DNA of 64,000 bases from Tubiluchus corallicola (GCA_030141605.1 JAQGDQ010001022.1:5695-69694), one strand, 5' to 3'; counted from the stretch's first letter, positions 40,941 to 53,377 are shown. Program-made: numbers and translations. The notes: generated by a model from the sequence alone, not told the origin.

Positions 40941-42639
40941 TAGGCAAAACTTGTTATGTACGCACGTCTCTGTTGTGTTTAAAATTTGACCTGTGATTAG
41001 GCTGCAACTGGCTGACCTTTTGCTGACATTTTGGCATTTCTGAACTCAATATTGGACCAATAATTTATTTATGAATTTTAGCTTTCTAGTCTAGTTTAGT
41101 ACTCTGCAAAATGTATTTTTCTAGTACGTATTTCAGTAATTCTGTTTTTTTAGTTTATTTGACATTTATACATGTATTAAAATTGTATTAAAGAAAGAAT
41201 AAGCAGGCGCATGCGCACTTACGCTGATTCTATAAGACATAAAAAGATGCACAAAAATAAAATTTATAAAAACAATTCCCTAAAATTGAATATTTCTCAT
41301 TAAAAAGCTCCTAATAAAATGTACCTAAATATGAATTACGTACTATATACAACACGTTTTATACAATAATACGATTTGGAGAGAACCAATTACGCCAATG
41401 TAGATATAATAGTTGTAGCTAACCAGTATAATTACGTAATAATTTTGTAGACTAGAGCAAATTTGTATTTTTTGCAGAATAAACAACTTAGCTATGTAAA
41501 CGCAACACTGGTTTGAGCGCGTGCGCTATAATATGTATTAATTGTTATACGTATTATCGTAAATATAGGCCTGTTGGCCTGTGATTTTCTTTCTATAAAA
41601 TATAATGGGTCGATGGTTGTTCAAAACACTTTATGACAGCGTTGGAAAAGTAGCTAAACCCAATTGTATATTTTTTTCATAAGATAATATGCTTTTAAGC
41701 ATTTCTCCTTCAATTTAATTGAACTTTGACTAAACGCGCGAAGACCAAACAATTCTATACCAAAAATTCTTGAAACATAATACTAGCCCTTCAGCATTTT
41801 GGACTGGAAACTATTTAAATAAACTACATGAACTATAAATTTCATTTCACACATCAAAAAATACAATATCAAACACATGAATAAACTTTAAATAAAATAA
41901 TTTGAGTAGTGCGAGGTGAGTGTACGACCATACGGTCATTAACACACTCACCTTACTTAAATGAAAAAAATGATTATAGTCATGCATGCTGCTGTAGATA
42001 ACTTAATGTAAATAAGGATGAAGTAAATGATGTAATAATAGCAATGGTATAAGAGCAATAAACCTGAAAGATGAGAAAGGAAAACATAATATGTAATTAC
42101 GACTTTGAGTGAGCCTTAAAGAGTGAAATTTTTTTTAAATAGTTACGAATATGAATTATGTGATTATCTGTCAATGTACCACTTACTTGTATTACAATGC
42201 ACCATATTGCTTACTTGTATATACGATGTTATACATATACACATATATGTACCCAAATTTAAGTGGGGGAGAAGAGATTCAATTGTACATTATACTTGTA
42301 GTAATAACTATAATTGTATAGAACATTTAAATATAATTGATGGTAGTAATGCAGCCATCAAAATGCATCAGCGAAAGAAATTATTAATGTTTTTATGGCT
42401 GTAGTAATGCCTTTAAAGTTTTCTTCAGTATTTTGATCTGGTTGGTAGAATCTTTTGCAGTTTTCTTTACATCTGGTGCTATAATACTGGTCCCTGTGTA
42501 CGAAACTGACATGCAATTAATAAATGGCTTCATTAGCGTGGAAACTCGTGGAAAATCTGGGTCGTAGAACACGCCCTTGGTAAAGTAACTCTGATCTTGC
42601 AGAGTCTGCAAACCGTTATTTTTCTGTTCAAATGACATC

Positions 42640-43135
42640 AATCATTACAAATACATTAACAACATCAGCAAACCATTCCAGAATAACAGATTTACCTTTT
42701 TTCCAAATCCTATCGTTAATTCCAGAACAAGCAATCTAAAACAAATTAGTACAAATACCCACTATGGAACGAACTCTGTAATCAAACAAGCAATTCTACT
42801 TTGGAATTCTCTACCATAACAGGTTAAACAAATCAAGTCCCTATCAGCATTTAAATCACTAATATTAACCAGATATGAAATACCATCACACCAGCACGAC
42901 AACATACATACTAATTCAGAATTTATATATCCGCGGCCATATTAATTAAATCATAGTTTTTCATTTTTTGTGCATAGTTGTAAATATGTTTGATTTTATT
43001 CGTCGTTACTTTCCATTACTGCACAGTAGTTTAGATTGCACTGACGCATTTGCCTTTAGCAGTGTAAGTTTTTATTAACTAACACTGACTGATCATCTCT
43101 GTAAAATTTTTATCAGTGATTATCAATGTATTTTA
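42640..43135 (+). mobile_element. Degraded L2/CR1-like LINE 3' end
   Basis: Reads SVIKQAILLWNSLP*QVKQIKSLSAFKS around 42775-42860, followed by an AT-rich UTR. Confidence 0.55.
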
Positions 43136-43604
43136 ATGGCAAATAAAGATTATTATATATATATATATATATATTAATACAAGCGATAACATAAAAAAGT
43201 AGATTACTCCCGAAAAAAGCCTCGAAAACAAAGTCGTACGCTCCCAGCAAATTGCATTACCTGGAATCAATTTGAGAACTCGAAAATATGGCGACTTTTT
43301 GCGAAAAATGATTTCTCCCTCTTCACAGCTGCAGCAGATATCCGGCTTTTTGCCTTCCCAATTTAACAACATATCTTTCCCGTTGGGCTTCCAGTGGTTT
43401 TGTCAACAGAGCTGTGATTCAGTTTCACCAACAGTAGAACACGAAATTGAGTTCATGATGCCGATTTTGGTGGTGATGATGATGACGATGACGATGACGA
43501 AGATTGTGATAATCAGATGATGATTGTTTGTCATACAGAAATACAGTTTCATTCTTTCTATTTCGAAAAATTATCTAAAGAATTCAATTGGAACTGTACT
43601 ATCT

Positions 43605-43685
43605 CAATAAAAACTAAGTTAAGAGTCACGCAAGGTTCCGTCTTAGGACTGCTGTTCTTTCTGATACACATCAGTAACACAAATA
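43605..43685 (+). mobile_element. LINE reverse transcriptase motif remnant
   Basis: VTQGSVLGLLFFLIHISN resembles the CR1 GVPQGSVLGPLLFLIYIND motif. Confidence 0.6.
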
Positions 43686-43689
43686 CACT

Positions 43690-44191
43690 TCACAATTTCG
43701 CGTTTGTGTCACTAGTTCTTCGCTCTTACATGCATTTTACCAGTCGCTAGTTCGACAGGCACAGCGCCTGCATTTCGGAAACTCGTTGAACAAAAAACAG
43801 GTGCTGTACCTTTCATTTCAGATGTGTTAGTTTGTGACGAATCACACACGTTCGACAACTCATGCGTGAGTACACCGATAAATTTGAAATTTGAATTTTT
43901 ATCCTAAAAGTTTCCTAGCTTTAGTACAACAAACTAAACATCTTACAGTAGCACTGTACTTTAATTTTCGCTTTCAAAAACGCGTGCAGCATGCTTATGG
44001 AATATTTTTGCTATTGAAAATTATGTTAGTTTGTGATGTCAACAACAGTTGGGCTCGCCTGCCGTTAATTAACTTTTTAATCTATTATTTAATTATCAGA
44101 AATGCATTTGCAGCATTAATTGTGTTAAAATGTATACTTTTATCGAATTTGAAAGCGAGGTAGATATGAGAAATCATCCTGTCTACTTTAA
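43690..44191 (+). mobile_element. Family A MITE, copy 5
   Basis: Family A core; ends cctgtctactTTAA. Confidence 0.8.
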
Positions 44192-44917
44192 TGCAGGCGT
44201 AGCAATTATAACCGTCACTCGTCTGGTCTCAAAGGCTTCCGAATTTCATCCCACACGTTACAAACTACACAGCTGACGTACGCAACGACTTTCTAGTTTC
44301 ATCCCCCACACACAGTAAACGTAAAAAATGAAATGGCGGCGCCTAGCATGTCATCAGTGGAAATGCTTTAACGGGATAATTCCAAGCCTAAACATTGCAG
44401 AGACGAGCTCTTTGGGATATTTGTTTACAGGAAAAACGGAAGCCGAGATAGCGACTGACAGATTTGAGCAGTATCGGTTCTACGCACTTAACAAACTGAA
44501 ACGGGAGCGTTCCTGGTCCAGACTGTAAAATGCTCAAAGCCAAAAGCAATAGAAACATACGTTTTTTGCCACATTATCCAAACGATCAAGTTGAACGATT
44601 CGGAACGTGATCCCTCGTTGAAGCAACCGCCCATCATTACTTCTATTGACACGTTTAATAGTACGGAACGGTGCACGAAAATAGGTGACATAGTTAGATT
44701 ATGAAAAGAAACACGTAACAAAGACAAACAGAAGATTTGTTTACCGTCGCAGTTACAACAACACAGGTACAGAGGCAACATACAAACAACAAACAACACG
44801 TAGGATGACGTGTAAACAATGAAATCCCTCCCTAAAGCCGCCTGTGATTCCAATATTGTTGAAAAATTTCTTATAGCTTTCACTACAGTGAAATTCCAGT
44901 CTTACAGATTGGAAATT

Positions 44918-45393
44918 GAGACAGGTAGATGGAGTCGCCAACAGGTGGAAGACAGACTGTGTGAATGTGATCCTGTCCATGAGACAGGTAGATGGAGTCG
45001 CCAACCGGTGGAAAACAGACTGTGTGAATGTGATGGTGTCCATGAGACAGGTAGATGGAGTCGCCAACCGGTGGAAGACAGACCGTGTGAATGTGATGGT
45101 GTCCATGAGACAGGTAGATGGAGTGTGGAAAACAGATTGTGTGAATGTGGTGCTGTCCATAAGACAGGTAGATGGAGTCGCCAACAGGTGGAAGACAGAC
45201 TGTGTGAATGTGATCCTGTCCATGAGACAGGTAGATGGAGTCGCCAACTGGTGGAAAACAGACTGTGTGAATGTGGTGCTGTCCATGAGACAGGTAGATG
45301 GAGTCGCCAACTGGTGGAAAACAGACTGTGTGAATGTGGTGCTGTCCATGAGACAGGTAGATGGAGTGTGGAAAACAGACTGTGTGAATGTGA
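44918..45393 (+). repeat. 63/54-bp higher-order tandem repeat derived from a LINE ORF2 C-terminus
   Basis: Unit starts 44918, 44981, 45044, 45107, 45161, 45224, 45287, 45350; encodes ETGRWSRQxVExRLCECxxVH; preceded by SYRLEI. Confidence 0.92.
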
Positions 45394-45941
45394 TTGGCTG
45401 TCACAATGTTGGCAGATTGTCATATTCGCATGGACTTCCGGTTCTTGGTGTTGTCCTTTTTTTCTATTAAGTTATATCTGTAGTTAAATATATTATCTTG
45501 CAGGTACAAATGTTTTGGTCCATTACCCTTTTTCAAGGTAGTATGTGCATTAGAAGCTACAATATATTAGACTTTAGTTCAACAAGCTAGACTACTTTTT
45601 CTACTCTGACATTGTATAGGTGGAACTTGTTATGTACACACGTCTCTGTTACATTTAGAATTTGACTTATAATTATACTGCTACCTTTTACTGACATTCT
45701 GGCTTTTTCTCGACTCAATATTGGACCAACAATGTATGTATGCATTTTAGCTTTTTAGTGTAACGTAGTAATCTGTAGCACTTATTTTCTTGCACTTGTT
45801 TCAGTAGATTTGTAGAGGTAGTAATTGTAGACTACAGAAAATTTGTATTTTGCCAAATAAACTAACATAGATATGGGAACGCAACTTTGGTTTGAGCGTA
45901 TACATTACATATTATATTTACTACTCGTTACTGAAGCTACC

Positions 45942-47003
45942 TCAGACCACTGAATCCGTCACCACTTCGCTATTACAAGTTACATGGCTGTTCACTTGTT
46001 GTCGATTCAGTGATGAAACTGAGTCACTTGCTGACAGAGATGATGTACGAACTGCTGACGTGCATCTACCGCACAACATCGTTCTGAACGCGTAGCGAAA
46101 GTCTTTGTTCTTCCACGCGTAAATCAGCGGATTGACCAGAGAATTCGTCAAAACCAACAGGTACCCGACTCGCCTGATTGGTGCATAGAAGGGTTGCCAG
46201 GGCGTAGAGACGGTCACCACACACATTACGCTAAACGGCAGCCAGCAAGCCACGAACGTACCAACCACAATGAAGAGAATTTTGGCTGCTTTGTTGTTTT
46301 TCTTGAAAGTTTGCTCTTGCGATGCCTCGCTGTGTATCTGGCGCATGTGCTGCCGCGCGATTTTAAAAAGTTGCGAATACACGATCAACATGAACATGGC
46401 GATGACGAAAAAGTTACAGCAAACGAAGTACAGCAGGCCCTCGTTCAACGTGAACTCCAACAAGCATAGAACGCCTTGGTAAAATTTGTGTTTGTAATGG
46501 ACCCAACAACTCACAAAAATCGAATAGCACCAGGTACAAGCGATGATAACTTTAATACGAAACGGTTTTATCAGCATCGGATATCTCAAGGGATAAGCAA
46601 TAGCTATGAATCGATCAATTGTAACAGTTAACAAAGTCATTATTGATTCCAACATCAGTATTATCAACATATTGTACATTAACAAGCAAACAGTTTTCGA
46701 CAGCATCTCAGGAATCGTGTACATTACAGACATCATCAGATGAATATATACTCCAGTTAAAGCATCGGTAACTGCCAGATTTGCCACGTAGATATTCGAG
46801 TAAGACTGAAGTCGCTCGTACTTTAATATAGCAGCGATTACGAAGATGTTTGAGGATTCGATACAGAAGCCCAGAAGATTAAATAAGAAAAGATTCATTA
46901 GGATCTGGCTTCTTGGGGGTGCGTTAAAAGGGCTTGGCGAATTGACATCCTCTTCGAGTGTTGTGTTGTAAACAGTTGTTGCATTTTCGATCATTCTTTC
47001 CAT
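45942..47003 (-). CDS. Intronless class A (rhodopsin-like) GPCR, adenosine/biogenic-amine-receptor-like orphan, 353 aa
   Basis: Seven hydrophobic segments; NLAVTD (TM2), TIDRFIAI..PLRY (DRY-like), CWLPF (TM6), NSLVNPLIY (NPxxY), helix-8 FRYAF plus Cys; N-terminal NAT/NTT sequons. Confidence 0.96.
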   Translation of the reverse strand: MERMIENATTVYNTTLEEDVNSPSPFNAPPRSQILMNLFLFNLLGFCIESSNIFVIAAILKYERLQSYSNIYVANLAVTDALTGVYIHLMMSVMYTIPEMLSKTVCLLMYNMLIILMLESIMTLLTVTIDRFIAIAYPLRYPMLIKPFRIKVIIACTWCYSIFVSCWVHYKHKFYQGVLCLLEFTLNEGLLYFVCCNFFVIAMFMLIVYSQLFKIARQHMRQIHSEASQEQTFKKNNKAAKILFIVVGTFVACWLPFSVMCVVTVSTPWQPFYAPIRRVGYLLVLTNSLVNPLIYAWKNKDFRYAFRTMLCGRCTSAVRTSSLSASDSVSSLNRQQVNSHVTCNSEVVTDSVV

Positions 47004-47726
47004 TGCAAACTGTCTCCTGCAGTATCAGAAGCTGTATTAATGCATTTGAATGACGAATTCTGTAGGGTTACTGTCGATACACTGTCGCTGATATGACAAA
47101 TAGAAATTACACTGCACTTTCGGGAAATTAATAATATAAGCGAGATCTTGCGCAAATTGCTGTTGAGTTTATCTGTTACAATTTCCGATCCTTCCCGAAA
47201 GGAAGTGCGCGCAAAATCTTAAGAGAGTTTTCTTATAAGTGTTGCTAGCCACGCAATTGTATTTTCGAAAAATCGTTTAACCAGGTAACGTCAATGACAC
47301 GTACGAGGTTTGCTAAACTGCGTTGTTTTGTGTGGGTCCATTTCATTCGCGTGCAACCTGTTACTAGTAACACAATGCTAAACTAATTGACGAAGAAACT
47401 TCGAGAAATTATAAAGACAGAATTAGTCTCGCAAACTGAAGTGAAAATTAAGCTTTAGTTGAATGAGACATTGCTGAGAGTAAATTTCAGAAGTTTTTAC
47501 AAGTAAGAAGAGCTGCTGTGCTAAAACCAGCAAAACTTGAACGACGTGCCTTTTCAACTGAAAGTAAAATGTCACTTTTTTCGATAAATAATCTTTCTGG
47601 AATTTTAGCCTGCTACGATTGAACTATTTATTACTGCAGATTTCATATTTGTTCTCAAAGACACAAGGACATTTATTAGGAAAATTGGTAAATTCTTAAA
47701 CTCCCAATTGTCTTTAAACCACAGTT

Positions 47727-48112
47727 AACCACCCACACCAGCATCACCACCAACATCACCACCAACCTCACCAACATCACCACCACCACCAACATTACCA
47801 CCAACCTCACCAACATCACCTCCACCACCAACATCACAACCACCACCAACATCACCACCAACCATGCCAACATCACCACCACCACCAACATCACCAACAT
47901 CACCACCAATCACGCCAACATCACAACCACCACCAACATCACCACCAACCATGCCAACATCACCACCATCATCAACATCACCAACGTCATCACCAACCTC
48001 ACCAACATCACCACCACCACCAACATCACCACCATCACCAACATCACCACCAACCACACGAACATCACCACCACCACCACCACCACCACCACCATCACCA
48101 CCGCCGTTGTCA
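47727..48112. repeat. (CAC/CAA/CAT)n degenerate microsatellite
   Basis: Directly visible. Confidence 0.92.
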
Positions 48113-48405
48113 TCGCATTTTTGTTCGTCATATTTTTCTTGAATATTGTCAACACTATTATCGCAGTCGCCTCATTTTTTTAATTTATATTAAATAAGTT
48201 TAAAAAGGCAAAGTCGATATTTGAACTTAATAAAATTCTTGCTAGAGATAACTATTTTCATCTGACTAAGACACAACGAATGTCAGAAATTTATAAACGT
48301 GAATGACAACGATTAATATAAGCTTAATTATTATCATACTGACTCGTCGTTTTTCCATAAATACCTGTCTCCACGAATGTACCTAGAGGAAGTGACATAC
48401 CTGCC

Positions 48406-48662
48406 TTAAGAAGCAACAAAATGATTGGGAGCAAGTGGCTCTGGGTCCTTATGATCATTTGATACGGTGATAATAGGTCTACTATTTATTATACATTCGA
48501 CGTGACAAATCAGAGTACACAGAGACTCATCGTTAAGAATCTGTTCATCTGCAACCGATGCAATAACCTTCCTAATTGTACGAACCATCCTTTCCCATAC
48601 ACCCACTTGATGCGATGCTGCATTGAAAATCCATTCGACTCCTCGTTGATGCAGTGCTTCCC
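48406..48662 (-). mobile_element. BEL/Pao LTR-retrotransposon integrase relic
   Basis: GVWERMVRTIRK...LCTLICHVECIINSRPI...PEPLAPNHF is the BEL/Pao integrase core signature. Confidence 0.9.
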
Positions 48663-48673
48663 CAATTTTGGAC

Positions 48674-49162
48674 TGTAAGCAGCCGAACCCCGACTCTCAA
48701 GTTCCTACTGATGACTCCAAAAACCTGTATTTGTATTTGTTTTTTGTCTTCCTTATTCCTTTCATAATATATTCCTTGCAAAATATTATAACTATACGTA
48801 TACAAAATTTCTCTCCATTAATACAAACTATTTTATGATTATAATTACACTCCTACAAAAATGAGAATATAATCACCTCTCAAAAAACTAAAACTGTAAT
48901 ATGTAAACCTACTCCCATGACCTTCTTTCTCCAAACTGTTTTTTAGTGCTACCCTGTTCTTACTGACATACCTAACTTTTCCTTTTTCGCATTTATTACA
49001 TAATTCTTTTCTCTCTAGTACAAACTACATATACTAACAAATGCCAGGTGCCACTTGCTGGTCGGCCGCTGCTTTGCGATATGCTTCAATACAACCTAAA
49101 GACGCGTGCTCGTATCTAACATAACCTCTGTGGTTATCGCATTTCTAGGACCAATTTTTACA
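48674..49162 (-). mobile_element. Putative BEL/Pao 5' LTR, 489 bp
   Basis: Minus strand begins TGTAA and ends TTACA (inverted termini), then GTCCAAAA and the integrase relic. Confidence 0.7.
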
Positions 49163-49176
49163 TTGGTTTTCATAAA

Positions 49177-49500
49177 TAATAATAACGATGATGATAATGA
49201 TGGTGGTGGTGATGATGATGATGGCGATGGCGAATGTGATGGTGATGGTGATGCTGATGATGATGATGATGGCGATGGCGATGATGATGGCAGTGATGGT
49301 GATGATGCTGATGGTGGTGATGATGATGCTGATGGTGATGGTGGTGGTAGTGATGATGATGATGATGATGGTGATGGTGATGATGATGGTAGTGGTGGTG
49401 ATGATGATGATGATGGTGATGCTGATGGTGATGATGATGATGATGTTGATGGTGATGGTGATGGTGGTGATGATGGTGTTGATGATGATGATGATGGTGG
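49177..49500. repeat. (GAT/GGT)n microsatellite
   Basis: Directly visible; bracketed by a 13-bp direct repeat. Confidence 0.95.
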
Positions 49501-50529
49501 TTTTCATAAACAAATCATCAAATGACGTGAATTTCATTTTATCACCGGATTTCCGTAGATTTCATTTAAAACTAAGTTACAAAAACATCTAATTCCAAAA
49601 TAAAGTTCCAAAGTTTTAATTACGCAAGTTTTTTAGAGCGAGAAAAACAACTAAAGTAAAAGTCACACCTCCCCAAAATAAAGTTCCTTCTCAAACGGAT
49701 ATCAATCCACGAATTTTGAGAAAAAAGTAGGACCAATTAGACTAATTATTGTGCAAATACATTAATATAACTACAGACTTGTGGACATCAAAGATCTGTT
49801 CATTCGCTCATTCGTTCATTCCTTCGTTCATTCATTCATAAATTCATTCACTCACTCAACTTCGTTTGTTCGTCCATTCGTTCATTCGTTCTTCTGTCAC
49901 TCAGTCATTCACTGATGTAATCATCAAAGATGTTGCTTTTACGTTTTTTGTGGTCGTTCTTTGTGAGTGCGCCGCACACTCAAATGTTATTGGTAGCTCT
50001 AACGTTTCCCAAATCCCTGTGTTTACACACAAGAATCTTGAAAGTGTCGAAAGAAATGAAACCAAATGAAGATTATCCAAAGCCAGAAGATGCGAGTATC
50101 GTCACTCAAAAGACTTCACAAAACAAAATATTTACGGGAAGCCATTTACGTCTTAAGCGTTCGTGTCGACGTGTTACCAAGCAAAGCAGAAAGAAACCCC
50201 AGCACAACGCTAAATCCAGGATTCCCAGTTTTCATTTAGCTGCCCCGCCGAAGGTATATCGTCTGTCATCAATGGAATTTAACAGGAATAGGAGCTAAGC
50301 TGCTATTTGTGGTTCAACATACTGAAAGCATCAGCCAATGACAGTTTAGAACACGCTGTTGATCGTTTGACAGTTCGTTTCACTATGCAGGCATAGATCA
50401 CATGAACTGTTTTGCCTTCAGGAACACGTAGTTCCGGCGACCGTGTTTCCTTGCGTGTCAGTTCTGATAACCAGGATTATTTGTATATTTCTTGACTATG
50501 TAAAAGGTCACAGACTTCTACCAATCAAG

Positions 50530-50761
50530 TAGTTAGTTGGTTGGTTAGTTAGTTAGTAAGTCAGTCAGTCATTTAGTGTGTCAGTTATTTATTTATTTAG
50601 TTAGTTAGTTAGTAAGTAAGTAAGTAAGTAAGTAAGTACGTAAGTAAGTAAGTAAGTAAGTCAGTCAGTCAGTCAGTCAGTCAGTCAGTCAGTCAGTCAG
50701 TCAGTCAGTCAGTCAGTCAGTCAGTCAGTCAGTCAGTCAGTCAGTGAGTCAAGCAGGCGGG

Positions 50762-50793
<32 letters not shown>

Positions 50794-50806
50794 CAAGCAG
50801 TCAGTA
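50530..50806. repeat. (AGTT/AAGT/AGTC/AGGC)n tetranucleotide microsatellite
   Basis: Directly visible. Confidence 0.93.
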
Positions 50807-50811
50807 AGTTT

Positions 50812-51220
50812 TCTCTCCGACAGCTGCTGCAAATTGATTTCCTGCAAGTTACTGTCTAGTGTGAACGCCTCAGCAAGTAACTCTCTTCACTTCTCGCATT
50901 GATCAGAGAAGAGGGTGTCAGCTCGCGTTTTCTGTCGGAGAGTAACTCGCAAGTGTGAACTGCTTGCGAGTTACTGTCGGTAAGAAATTGCAAACTCTCC
51001 GACAGCCGCTGCGAATTGATTTCCTGCGAGTTACTCTCTAGTGTGAACGCCTCAGCAAGTAACTCTCTTCACTTCTCGCATTGATCAGAGAAGAGGGTGT
51101 CAGCTCGCGTTTTCTGTCGGAGAGTAACTAGCAGCAAGTTTTGCTCTCTTGTGTGAACACATTTGTGAGTTAATTGGCGAGTTAACCTGGTGAAAAAACT
51201 CACTAGTCTGAACGCACACA
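50812..51220. mobile_element. PIF/Harbinger-like MITE fragment with internal ~182-bp duplication
   Basis: 50813-50948 repeated at 50995-51130; recurrent GTGTGAAC motif, end AGTCTGAACGCAC; hairpin agtaactcgcaag/cttgcgagttact. Confidence 0.55.
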
Positions 51221-51475
51221 ACACCTACCGTTTACGAGTTCTTGGGTTTTGACTTTCATACAACTAGACGTGTGACAGGGCACGTTGACCATGTAATGCG
51301 TTCTGTACCACGGATCTCCACAACCTGGATTTGTAAGTGAATCACAGCTCCAACACATTATGGATCCATCCACTGCAAACATACGATTAGAGTTAACTCA
51401 AATCATAATGCAGCTTTTATTTCGCATCATGTGTTAAATGATGTAAAAGTGCAAAATTTACATCAATAATTAAAT

Positions 51476-52560
51476 TGAATGAATGAATGAACGAATGAAC
51501 GAATGAATGAATGAATGAATGAACGAATGAACGAATGAACGAATGAACGAATGAACGAATGAACGAATGAACGAATGAACGAATGAACGAATGAACAAAT
51601 GAACAAATGAATGAATGAATGAATGAATGAATGAATGAATGAATGAAAGAGTGAATGAATGAATGAATGAATGAATGAATGAATGAATGAATGAATGAAT
51701 GAATGAATGAATGAATGAATGAGTGAATGAATCAACGAATGAATGGGTGAATGAATGAATGAATGAATGAATGAATGAATGAATGAATGAATGAATGAAT
51801 GAATGAATGAATGAGTGAGTGAGTGAATGAATGACTGAATGAATCAACGAATGAATGGGTGAATGAATGAATGAATGAACGAATGAATGAATGAATGAAT
51901 GAATGAATGAATGAATGAATGAATGAATGAATGAATGAATGAATGAATGAATGAATGAATGAATGAATGAATGAATGAATGAATGAATGAATGAATGAAT
52001 GGATGAATGAATGAATGAATGAATGAATAAATGAATGGATGGATGGATGGATGAATGAATGAATGAATCAACGAATGAATGAATGAATGAATGAATTAAT
52101 GAAGCAACGAATGAATGAATGAATGAATGAATGAATGAATGAATGAATAAATGAATGAGTGAGTGAGTGAGTGAGTGAATAAATGAATGAATGAATTAAT
52201 AAATGAATGAATAAACAAACAAATGAATAAATGACTGAGCGAATGAACGAATTGGCAAATGAACGAGTGAATAAATGAATGAATGAATAAGTGAGTGACT
52301 GAGTGACAGAAGAACAAATGAACGAATGGACGAACAAACGAACTTGAGTGAGTGAATGAAATTATGAATGAATGAACGAAGGAATGAACGAATGAAGGAA
52401 TGAATGAATTTGCAAATGAATGAGTAAATAAATGAATGAATGAGTAAGTGAATGACTGAGTGACAGAAGAACGAATGAACGAATGGACGAACAAACGAAC
52501 TTGAGTGAGTGAATGAATTTATGAATGAATGAACGAAGGAATGAGCGAATGAACAGATCT
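51476..52560. repeat. (GAAT)n microsatellite with diverged internal duplications
   Basis: Directly visible; 52290-52400 duplicates 52447-52550. Confidence 0.95.
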
Positions 52561-52954
52561 TTGGATGAATGACTTTTCGTGGAGTTTGCAAGTTTACTCA
52601 GTAAGCAAAGATACAGCACTGAATGACAATAAACATGGTGGAATTGAATCAATTGCTAAAGATAACGTTCTAAGATGTCCATTAAGATGTGTTCTAACAA
52701 ACTGGGACGGGTGTCTTAACCACTATATCTTCAGTCACGCCTACATCCTCGGCAAGAAAGAAATCGAGGAAAATATAACAGTCGAAATCGCACGATAATT
52801 ACTCCTCACCCAGTCCCTTTCCATTCAACATCAATTCTGCGAAGCGTAAAATGTCTACCATGTTGTCTGGCAATGCATTACTTAATTATGATCAAAATGT
52901 TCGTGTATTTAACTTAATTCAAAATTCTAATTGACGTTACTAAAAGATTTTTAC

Positions 52955-53135
52955 CTAGAACCTTACCTAGTTCACGAAAAACAACTGAAGTTACAGAACT
53001 GATGCAGCAGACGGCTTTGCTTCACACACATGTTGTGTCGGTTGTAGTTAAGACGCATTGCTGTGGTGCACTTAATATTTGACCTACAGCAACTGCGCGT
53101 GCGCACAAAGAAACTGTTAAAAGGTTATTGCTGTG
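52955..53135 (-). mobile_element. Family F repeat, partial copy 3
   Basis: Matches 21725-21835 and the reverse complement of 39290-39450. Confidence 0.7.
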
Positions 53136-53257
53136 TATCAATGATTATTTTTGTTTGAAAAACAAAAATATGTTTTATAAAAAACACATAGAAGCTGTTT
53201 TGCGTTACTTCATCTATCTATTTACTTATCTAGGATAGCTTAACGTTACTTAAATCT

Positions 53258-53377
53258 GGCTACGGCCAAATCACGTTGAAAACACAGGTTCTCGTCTGAT
53301 CACCGAAGTTAAGCAACGTAGAGCCTGGTTAGTGCTTGGATGGATGACCGCCTAGGAATACCAGGTGATGTAGGCTT
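53258..53377 (+). pseudogene. 5S rRNA-derived sequence (full length, diverged), probably the head of a SINE
   Basis: ggctacggcc...gttgaaaacac...ttctcgtctgatcaccgaagttaagcaacg...ggttagtgcttggatgg...gaatacc...gtaggctt; box A and box C recognisable; single copy, no T-run terminator. Confidence 0.9.

Noticed and set aside
42393-42641. 82-aa minus-strand ORF with protein-like composition
   Set aside because: No recognisable motif or clear splice sites; a BLASTX search would be needed.
49930-50298. 122-aa plus-strand ORF
   Set aside because: No recognisable domain or splice support.
53258-53377. Functional 5S rRNA gene
   Set aside because: Isolated copy with several substitutions including box C, and no oligo-T terminator.
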